From assembly GCA_965228895.1 (NCBI GenBank), contig OZ245842.1, positions 3,424,001 to 3,488,000 on the forward strand: a stretch of DNA of 64,000 nt. Reading direction: 5' to 3'. The DNA is from Alphaproteobacteria bacterium. Its GTDB lineage: Bacteria; Pseudomonadota; Alphaproteobacteria; SP197. Positions within the stretch are counted from its first letter, which is position 1. Every line of letters starts with the position of its first letter. The notes under the pieces are model-generated. The model searched no databases, was not told where the DNA came from, and saw only the letters and a program-made list of their open reading frames with translations. The translations under genes were made by a program, and so were the position numbers. Shown here piece by piece: positions 9,244 through 16,774 of the stretch.

Positions 9244-10170
9244 GTGGGCGCAAGGCGGCTCAACGTGTCCCATTCGAAGGGCAAAGAAACCGGCAATTCG
9301 GCCGCGCGTTTTGTCGCGGCCGCATCCTATCCCGCGATCATGGTGCTTGGTTTCGTGCTTTATGGCGTCGCGACCGGCCTCGGTGTTTCCGTGACGCTTG
9401 CCTCCTATGGTGCGGTTCTCGTGTGCGCCATTCTGATTACCCTGCACGAAGTCACGCTGCCGTATCGCCAGGACTGGAAACCGGAGCGCGGCGAGCTCGG
9501 CACCGATGCCGTCTTCATGGTGCTGGTCCAAATCGCCCTGCCCTTGCTGCTGGCGATCACCGTGGTCGTCGCGCTCGCAGACTACCTGGATCAGAACGGC
9601 TTTTACGTGCACGGCATCTGGCCCCATGACTGGCCGGTCGTCCTGCAGGTCATCGTGATGCTGCTGGTCGCTGACTTCTTCCGCTACTGGCTGCACCGCG
9701 CATTCCATAAGTTCATCCCGATGTGGCGCTTTCACGCGGTCCATCATTCGCCGCACCGACTCTACTGGGTCAATGTCGGGCGCTTTCATCCGATCGAGAA
9801 GGCGATTCAGTACGCCGTCGATGCGCTCCCCTTCGCGCTGCTGGGCGTGTCGCCTGAGGTGCTTGCCGCCTACTTCGTGTTCTTTGCGATCAACGGCATC
9901 TTTCAGCATTCCAACTGCCGCGTGCGTCTGGGTCCCCTCAACTACATCGTCGCGGGGCCGGAACTGCATCGCTGGCATCACTCGGTGCTGCAGAAGGAAT
10001 CCGACAACAACTTCGGCAACAACCTGATCGTCTGGGACCTCTTGTTCGGCACCCGCTTTCTGCCGCGCGAACGCGAAGTCGGCCCGCTCGGCCTGACCAA
10101 TCGGAACTACCCAACCGGCTTTGCCGCCCAGATGACGACACCGTTTCGCCGAGGCGTCGAGAACGGCTAA
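9244..10170 (+). CDS. Sterol desaturase / fatty acid hydroxylase superfamily membrane di-iron enzyme
   Basis: His boxes HRAFH, HAVHH, HSN and HRWHH, plus NNFG...WDLLFGT; several TM segments. GTG start uncertain (9244 or 9265). Confidence 0.9.
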   Translation: MGARRLNVSHSKGKETGNSAARFVAAASYPAIMVLGFVLYGVATGLGVSVTLASYGAVLVCAILITLHEVTLPYRQDWKPERGELGTDAVFMVLVQIALPLLLAITVVVALADYLDQNGFYVHGIWPHDWPVVLQVIVMLLVADFFRYWLHRAFHKFIPMWRFHAVHHSPHRLYWVNVGRFHPIEKAIQYAVDALPFALLGVSPEVLAAYFVFFAINGIFQHSNCRVRLGPLNYIVAGPELHRWHHSVLQKESDNNFGNNLIVWDLLFGTRFLPREREVGPLGLTNRNYPTGFAAQMTTPFRRGVENG

Positions 10171-10172
10171 GA

Positions 10173-11840
10173 TTGGCCGTGCTTCCACTCCCCCATTCCC
10201 TGACTCATGCCGCCTTGAAGGCGGCGCTGGCGGCGACCCAGCGGCGTAACCACCGCAACCTGCTGAACGCTTCGGTATCGCCGCGTGACGCCCAGTGGTC
10301 GGCACTCAGCCGGATCCTGGCGGCCAATGCCGAGACGTCGTTCGGCCGGCAGCATGACTTCGTCAAGATTAGCGGTATCGACGCCTACCGCAGCGCCGTG
10401 CCCGTACAAAGTTACGAGGACCTCAGGCCCCTCATCGCCCGCCAGGAACTGACCGGCGAACGCTGCTTGACCCAGGCCCAGCCCGTCTTCTATCACCGCA
10501 CCAGCGGCACCACCGGCGTGCCAAAGGACATTCCGATCACCCAGCCCGGGCTGGATCAGATCAAACAGCACCAGAAGATCTTCGCCTATGCGGTCTCGCG
10601 CGGGTCAAACGCGCTTCGCGGCAAGATGTTCACCGTCAGCGGCCAGGCCGTCGAAGGCACCATGCCCGGCGGAACACCCTATGGCTCCGCATCGGGCCTG
10701 CTCTATCAAAGCCAGTCCGGTCTGGTGCGCTCACGCTATGTCCTGCCGCCGGCCTGTTCAGACATTCCGGACTACAGCGCCCGCTATCTCGCCATGGCGA
10801 CCTTCGGTGTCGCCGATCCCGCGGTCACCGGCACCGCGACCGCGAACCCGTCAACCCTGGTCAGGCTGCTCGGTGTCATCAACGAGCAGCCGGATACGAT
10901 CCTCCGCGCCATCGCCGACGGCCGCCTGCCGGATGCGGTGAGAGACCACATGAAGGCTCAAGCTGGTTTGACGCCCAACCGTGCTCGCGCAAGCGAACTG
11001 ACGCAAAAGCTGAATGCATCGGGCAAACTGACCTATACCGATATCTGGCCCGACCTCGACGCCATCATGTCCTGGACGGGCGGCAGTTGCGGCGTGTCGC
11101 TTCGCAGCCTCGCGCCATCAATGCCAACAGGTTTCAAAACGATCGAACTCGGTTATGTCGCCAGTGAAGTGCAGGGCACCATCAACATCGACACCACGCG
11201 CAATCTCTGCCTGCCGACGCTGGTCGATACGTTCTTCGAGTTTGCCGAGCGCGACGCCTGGGAGGATGGCGCGGCTGATTTTCTTTCGCTGCACGAGTTG
11301 GACGAAGGCAAAGAGTACCACGTGTTCGTGACGACGACGGACGGGCTCTATCGCTACGCCATGCACGACATCGTGCGCGTAACCGGTAAGCTCAACCAGA
11401 CGCCGGTCCTGGACTTCGTGCAGAAGGGCAAGGGCGTCACCAGCATCACCGGCGAAAAACTCTATGAGGCCCAGGTGCTGGACGCGGTCACGACGGCGCT
11501 CGCCGATCGGGGCATAGAGGCGGACTTCTTCATCATGCTCGCCGATCAGGAAAAGGCCGGCTACGCGCTCTATGTCGAGGGCGCGCCTGTCAGCACCGAT
11601 CCGGACCTGGCGGCGGATATCGAAGCACGCCTTCGCGCCCTCAATATCGAGTATGACGCCAAGCGAGCCAGCGAGCGACTGCACCCGCTGCAGCTAAGCT
11701 GGCTGCGTGACGGCGCCGGCGCGGCCTACCGGGCCGACCGCGTCGCCGGCGGACAACGCGACGCGCAGTTCAAGTATCTGCATTTGCAGTTCGCCCACGA
11801 CTGCGGGTTCGATTTCAGCGCTCATGCAGCTGCCGTCTGA
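10173..11840 (+). CDS. GH3 family acyl-acid amido synthetase (adenylate-forming)
   Basis: TSFGRQHDF, PVQSYEDL, motif I TSGTTGVPKDIP, motif II YVASE, motif III GLYRYAMHD, GEKLYE. Confidence 0.9.
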   Translation: MAVLPLPHSLTHAALKAALAATQRRNHRNLLNASVSPRDAQWSALSRILAANAETSFGRQHDFVKISGIDAYRSAVPVQSYEDLRPLIARQELTGERCLTQAQPVFYHRTSGTTGVPKDIPITQPGLDQIKQHQKIFAYAVSRGSNALRGKMFTVSGQAVEGTMPGGTPYGSASGLLYQSQSGLVRSRYVLPPACSDIPDYSARYLAMATFGVADPAVTGTATANPSTLVRLLGVINEQPDTILRAIADGRLPDAVRDHMKAQAGLTPNRARASELTQKLNASGKLTYTDIWPDLDAIMSWTGGSCGVSLRSLAPSMPTGFKTIELGYVASEVQGTINIDTTRNLCLPTLVDTFFEFAERDAWEDGAADFLSLHELDEGKEYHVFVTTTDGLYRYAMHDIVRVTGKLNQTPVLDFVQKGKGVTSITGEKLYEAQVLDAVTTALADRGIEADFFIMLADQEKAGYALYVEGAPVSTDPDLAADIEARLRALNIEYDAKRASERLHPLQLSWLRDGAGAAYRADRVAGGQRDAQFKYLHLQFAHDCGFDFSAHAAAV

Positions 11841-11845
11841 CACCG

Positions 11846-12967
11846 ATGCGCATCGAACGTCTGGACGTCTTCAGCTTTCCCGTTCCGTTCAAGGTCGTCT
11901 TTCGCCACGCGTCGGCGAGCCGCGCCCATGCCCAGAACATTATCGTCACGGCGACATCCGAATGTGGCGAGGTCGGCTATGGCGAAGGCTGCCCGCGCGA
12001 CTACGTCACCGGCGAAACGGTCGCCGGCGGCATCGCCTTCATCCGCACCACCGCCGAGGCGCTCAAAGACGGGGTACACGACGAACAAGACCTAAAGACC
12101 TGGATCGATACCCATCAGAACATGATCGACGACAACCCCGCCGCCTTCTGCGCGGTCGAAATCGCAATCCTGGATCTGATCGGCAAGGTCAAAGGGCAGC
12201 CGATCGAAGAGATCGTTGGTCTCCCCAGACTCAGCGGCAGCTTCTCCTATTCGGCGATCCTGGGCGACGCACCCTATCTGGCCAATCGCTGGCAGCTCTT
12301 CCGCTACTGGTCGAACGGTTTCCGCGATTTCAAGATCAAGGCGTCCGGCGACCTCATGCGCGATCAACGAAAGCTCCGCGCTTTCAAACGGAAAACCGAC
12401 CCCGCGCTGCGCCTTCGCCTCGACGCCAACAATCTCTGGGCGTCCGCCGAGACCTGCATCGGCCATGTCGAAGCGCTCGACCACGACATCTTCGCCATCG
12501 AGGAACCGCTTCAGCAGGGCGATCTCGACGGCTTCAAAAATGTCGGCGAGAACTGCCGCACCAAGATTGTTCTCGACGAAAGCCTCGCCCGCCCCGATCA
12601 GCTGGCCACACTCGACGACGGCCCGTGGCTCATCAACCTCAGGGTCTCGAAGATGGGCGGCATCATCCGGTCGTTGGACGTCGCCGAGAAAGCGGCAGCA
12701 CGAGGGATCGGCATCATCGTCGGCGCGCAGGTTGGCGAAACCAGCATCCTGACCCGCGCCGCCTTAACGGTCATGAACGCGCACCGCGCCAATCTCGTCA
12801 CCAGCGAAGGCGCCTTCGGCACCCATCTGCTCAAGCGCGACCTCACCACGCCAAGCCTGATGTTCGGATCCGGCGGCGTGCTCGACACCAGTCAAACAAT
12901 GGACCCGAGCGCTGCAGGACTTGGACTAACGATTCACGAAACCGAACTCGTCATCGCGTCGTCGTGA
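11846..12967 (+). CDS. Enolase superfamily enzyme (muconate lactonizing enzyme/epimerase subgroup)
   Basis: GYGEG capping domain, KIK motif, metal ligands DAN / EEP / DES, NLRVSKMGG. Confidence 0.9.
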   Translation: MRIERLDVFSFPVPFKVVFRHASASRAHAQNIIVTATSECGEVGYGEGCPRDYVTGETVAGGIAFIRTTAEALKDGVHDEQDLKTWIDTHQNMIDDNPAAFCAVEIAILDLIGKVKGQPIEEIVGLPRLSGSFSYSAILGDAPYLANRWQLFRYWSNGFRDFKIKASGDLMRDQRKLRAFKRKTDPALRLRLDANNLWASAETCIGHVEALDHDIFAIEEPLQQGDLDGFKNVGENCRTKIVLDESLARPDQLATLDDGPWLINLRVSKMGGIIRSLDVAEKAAARGIGIIVGAQVGETSILTRAALTVMNAHRANLVTSEGAFGTHLLKRDLTTPSLMFGSGGVLDTSQTMDPSAAGLGLTIHETELVIASS

Positions 12968-13449
12968 GTGCGTCCATGCGCGGATGGCTGTGCGAACGCT
13001 TGATCGGGACCGGGAAAGCGATCCAGATAGGCGTAGGCACGCGGCATGGCGTCATGCAGAAACTGCTTGGGTTCACGCAGCCATAGTCCTTCATAGGTTT
13101 TCGACGTGGCTTCCGAAACCAACACGTCTTGCGGCAACGCGATCAACGTCGCATCCCATCCCGGCCAAAAGTGGCGCGCACGTTTAAACGTGTGTTTGAG
13201 AAAACGTTCGCGGTCGGCATAGCCGTGATAGTCGAAGACCCAGCTATCGGTTGCGACAAAGATATGGTTGCCGGTGAACCCCTCATCCGGTTTCAGCCAC
13301 AGCGCCTGCCGGCCGCCTGCGCCGTAGCGCTCCAGAAACGCAAAGGCCAGGATGTGGCAGGCGCCGCAGGCGAAGAACACGCGCTCGGGCAAGGTCCACC
13401 GCATGACCGGGTCGTGTTTCGAGTAATTCTTGGTGCGCGGTACGTACAC
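12934..13449 (-). CDS. Hypothetical protein with candidate Cys-His-Asp triad
   Basis: GTG-start 171-aa ORF with GACHILA, NHIFV and VFDYHG; overlaps the 3' end of the enolase gene by 34 nt. Confidence 0.7.
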   Translation of the reverse strand: MYVPRTKNYSKHDPVMRWTLPERVFFACGACHILAFAFLERYGAGGRQALWLKPDEGFTGNHIFVATDSWVFDYHGYADRERFLKHTFKRARHFWPGWDATLIALPQDVLVSEATSKTYEGLWLREPKQFLHDAMPRAYAYLDRFPGPDQAFAQPSAHGRTHDDAMTSSVS

Positions 13450-13450
13450 A

Positions 13451-13512
13451 AGAGCGGATCGTGTTTAGGTGGAACCATTCACTGGTTCCACCTAAACACG
13501 TGAATCCGCTCT
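13451..13512. repeat. Long palindromic element (RIME/MITE-like)
   Basis: AGAGCGGAT-CGTGTTTAGGTGGAACCA-ttcac-TGGTTCCACCTAAACACG-tga-ATCCGCTCT: perfect 18-bp inner stem plus 9-bp outer stem. Confidence 0.85.
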
Positions 13513-13584
13513 CCATCAATAGGTAGAGCACCTTCACCCCCTATGATGGAATCGCCCCGCGATGCCATCAAAGGAAGATCTGCT

Positions 13585-15258
13585 CTAGGCCGCGTGCTGC
13601 AGGCGACAGTAGCACGACGCCTTGATTGGCACGTCGGCGCGGGCGCTGGCCAAATCAAGGCGCTGTTTGATCATCGCGGCCTCTGCCGTTTCGCCCCGGC
13701 GCACCAAGCATTCATGGATACCATGCAGGCTCCACACGTTGTCGGGATGCTGGCTGGCGCGGCTCAAGGAATTGTCCAGGCCCAGGTCCGCGCGGTAGAC
13801 GGCCTCCGCTTCTTCAACGCGACCCTGCTCCAGCATCAACGCGCCCAGTGCGTGGCGCGGCGGCTGCATCCAGCCCCACGGCTCGTCATAGGGTAGCGCG
13901 TCGTCGCGCGCGACAGCCTCGCGCAAATGCTCGAACGCGATATCGTAGTTCTCGCGCCGGTACTCCAGCTCGCCTTCCAGCATCGCCTCGGCGACACCCA
14001 GGATGTCGCGGCAGGTGTTGTTGTGCACCCAACGGTTTTCGGGGACGCGTTTGTAGGCGGCCTGGAACAGTTCCCGCTCGGCCTCGGCGCCGGCGATATC
14101 TTCCGACGCCGCGTGCGCCACCGTTTTGGCATAATGGATCATCGCCGTTGTCGAACAGTAGAGTTCCTGATCGGCTGGCAGCTCCTGGGCAATGATCTCC
14201 TGCCACTTGCCGAAGCGCACGAGCGCGTGCTGCTTCATCGGGATATAGCCTTCCAGGAAGTCGCCCATGGGCGGCGACTCCATGCGCAACAGCTCCTCCG
14301 GCGTCGTCGCGATCAACTCCTCGGCCGCCTCGATCGCCGGTTGGTACTGGCCCAGGAACATCGCGCCATAGATCTTGAAGTGATAATCGTGAATCCGGTA
14401 ACCGGAATAGAAGTTCATGAAACCCCGGTGTTCGAGGTACTTGCGATCGGCCACGATCGCCTTCGAGTTGCCGTCGACCACCGCGTGGTAGTGGCCGCAC
14501 AACACGTCGATATGCGTCGGCATGTGATCGAGATGGCCGGCATCGGGCACCAGGCCGCGCAGGTTGTCGCCTGCTTTCAAGGCGCGCTCGGGAAACGGCG
14601 ACATCTCCATCAGATGTACATAAAGGTGCAGCAGGCCAGGATGCTGGTTGGCACCCAAGTGATCGAGTTCTTGGAATGCCTTCTCCATGACCTCCATCGC
14701 CTCTTCGGTACCGGCGTTCTCGGCGATGGCGCCGGTCGGCAGATCCCATAGCCGCCACGGCGTGCGGTTCAAAATAGCCTCGACAAAGACCGTGCAGACT
14801 TCGAGATCGTCAGGGAAGGCGCGAAACACCGTACGCATGGCGTCCGCGAAGGCGTCGTTCCACGGCTGGTAGTCATCGACCGGTTCGCGTGATTGATAAC
14901 GCGCCGGCAACGCCTCGATCAGCGCCTGCTCAACCAGCGAGACCTTGGGCGACAACGCCTGGGCGGCTTCGATAGAGTCGGCGGCGCGCTTGAGCGAATT
15001 CTGCAGGTCCGCGGGATCGAACTTGTCCCACTCCTTGTTGTAGTTCGGGCCGACCGCATAGGCGATGCCCCAGTGCGCCATGGCGCACTGGGGGTCGTGT
15101 TCCAGGGCGGTTTCAAAACACACGATCGCTTCTTCGTGGTTGTAGCCATAGGTCCAGATCAGACCGCGATCAAACCAAAGCTGCGCGTCGGCCGAGCTCG
15201 TCGTGATCGGCCGCGAATAGGTGCCGAGATCGTAGTAGCCGTCATCCATGTCGCCCAT
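13585..15258 (-). CDS. TPR-like alpha-helical protein with conserved His-rich core
   Basis: AQLWFDRGL...YNHEEA...DPQCAMAHWGIA TPR-like start; HLYVHLMEMS, GHLDHMPTHID, YDEPWGWMQP, C-terminal SCYC. Confidence 0.85.
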   Translation of the reverse strand: MGDMDDGYYDLGTYSRPITTSSADAQLWFDRGLIWTYGYNHEEAIVCFETALEHDPQCAMAHWGIAYAVGPNYNKEWDKFDPADLQNSLKRAADSIEAAQALSPKVSLVEQALIEALPARYQSREPVDDYQPWNDAFADAMRTVFRAFPDDLEVCTVFVEAILNRTPWRLWDLPTGAIAENAGTEEAMEVMEKAFQELDHLGANQHPGLLHLYVHLMEMSPFPERALKAGDNLRGLVPDAGHLDHMPTHIDVLCGHYHAVVDGNSKAIVADRKYLEHRGFMNFYSGYRIHDYHFKIYGAMFLGQYQPAIEAAEELIATTPEELLRMESPPMGDFLEGYIPMKQHALVRFGKWQEIIAQELPADQELYCSTTAMIHYAKTVAHAASEDIAGAEAERELFQAAYKRVPENRWVHNNTCRDILGVAEAMLEGELEYRRENYDIAFEHLREAVARDDALPYDEPWGWMQPPRHALGALMLEQGRVEEAEAVYRADLGLDNSLSRASQHPDNVWSLHGIHECLVRRGETAEAAMIKQRLDLASARADVPIKASCYCRLQHAA

Positions 15259-15380
15259 GCCCCCATCGCCCCAAAGACAACCATCGTGAAGACGCCAACT
15301 ATCTTGAAGGTCGCGCGGCGCTGCAACCGGAACCTTGTCTCTCGGCTGACGCCGCGTGTGTTCCTGGGATGCGGGCTGGC

Positions 15381-15740
15381 CTAGGCCGCGAGCAGGTTGT
15401 CGATTTCGTCGGCCAGGCGGTTCAGGTGGAAAGGCGGCTCTAAAGCCTCGTCCTCCAGCCTCGGCAACGCGCCTTCCTTTAGGGGCGCAGCGGAGAAACC
15501 GTGGCGGAACAGGATCCTTAGACCTGGAATCGCGGCGCCTGCGCGGCGTGCCAGTTCCGGCCCGCCAATACCCGGCAAATCCGTATCGGCGATCAGGATA
15601 TCGAAGGCGCCAGGCAGAAGATCGCCGAACGCTTCGTGGGCATCGGCCACCGCCATAACGGCGTGGCCCTGGCGTGACAAGGCGCGCACAAGATAACAGC
15701 GCATGACATCGTCATGCGCTGCTAGCAGGATACGCGCCAT
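15381..15740 (-). CDS. cpdR: Single-domain response regulator, CpdR-like, with degenerate receiver residues
   Basis: MARILLA...RAL...ELARRA...GFSA...PFHL...LLAA pattern and 119-aa length match CpdR; divergent from an N-formylglutamate amidohydrolase gene. Confidence 0.75.
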   Translation of the reverse strand: MARILLAAHDDVMRCYLVRALSRQGHAVMAVADAHEAFGDLLPGAFDILIADTDLPGIGGPELARRAGAAIPGLRILFRHGFSAAPLKEGALPRLEDEALEPPFHLNRLADEIDNLLAA

Positions 15741-15866
15741 GGCTTGCTCTAAACGCCCGGAGCCCGCCGGCCCCTTGCCGGCGCCGCTGGTCCTGTCGGG
15801 GTCAACTTTATGACCCCTGTTGATCGAACTGGTGACATAACCATGACCATAGTCTAAATCGCTGCC

Positions 15867-16766
15867 GTGACCGCTGTAAACGACAAGGACGAGTCCAACG
15901 TGCCGGAACCGGTCCGAATCCGCCGCCCGCGCCGACAAACGCTGCCGCTGGTCATCTCATCGCCCCATAGCGGACGCGACTATCCGCCTGAATTTCTGGC
16001 GCTTTCCAGGCTCGACCGGCTGGCCATACGCCGCTCGGAAGATGCCTTCGTGGACGAATTGGCGGCCGGTGCCGTCGCGCTTGGCGCGCCGATGGTCGCC
16101 GCGACCTTCCCGCGCGCCTTCCTGGATCCCAACCGCGAACCCTATGAACTCGACCCCCGCATGTTCGATTCGCCCCTGCCGGGCTGGGTCAACAGCCGCA
16201 GTCCCCGGGTGCGCGCCGGCCTCGGCACCGTGCCACGCGTCGTCGCCGGCGGCGCCGAGATCTATGCCGGCAAGCTGGAGCCCGGCGTCGCCGAAGAGCG
16301 GATCAAGCGCTACTACATGCCTTATCACGATGCGATTGTTGCGCTGCTGGACGAAACCCGGGCCAATTTCGGTATCGCCGTGCTTTTGGACTGTCACTCG
16401 ATGCCGTCGGGCGAACGCGGCGGCCAAGGTGCCAAATCGCGCGCCGATATCGTGCTGGGCGACCGGTTCGGCCACGCCTGCGACGCCGACATCATGCGCG
16501 TCGCCGCCGAGACCCTGCGCGCACGCGGCTACCAGGTGCGCCGAAACGATCCCTATCCCGGCGGTTTCATCACCGAACACTATGGCCGCCCGGATATGGA
16601 CATCCATGCGCTACAGATCGAACTGAACCGCAGCCTCTATATGAACGAGGCGCGCATGACGCGCGGCGCCGGCATGGCGGCGCTGAAAGCCGACCTGGAG
16701 CATCTGTTCGGCGTTGTCGCCAACCAAACCCTGCTGCTGGCGCCGCCGGCCAACGCCGCGGAGTAA
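15867..16766 (+). CDS. N-formylglutamate amidohydrolase family protein
   Basis: SPHSGRDYP, SEDAFVD, RAFLDPNR, LLDCHSMPS, DIVLGDRFG, PYPGGFIT, ALQIELNR. Confidence 0.93.
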   Translation: MTAVNDKDESNVPEPVRIRRPRRQTLPLVISSPHSGRDYPPEFLALSRLDRLAIRRSEDAFVDELAAGAVALGAPMVAATFPRAFLDPNREPYELDPRMFDSPLPGWVNSRSPRVRAGLGTVPRVVAGGAEIYAGKLEPGVAEERIKRYYMPYHDAIVALLDETRANFGIAVLLDCHSMPSGERGGQGAKSRADIVLGDRFGHACDADIMRVAAETLRARGYQVRRNDPYPGGFITEHYGRPDMDIHALQIELNRSLYMNEARMTRGAGMAALKADLEHLFGVVANQTLLLAPPANAAE

Positions 16767-16774
16767 CCGACGCC

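Noticed and set aside
13451-13512. CRISPR repeat or IS terminal inverted repeat
   Set aside because: It is a single palindrome with no spaced repeats, and there is no cas or transposase gene in the window.
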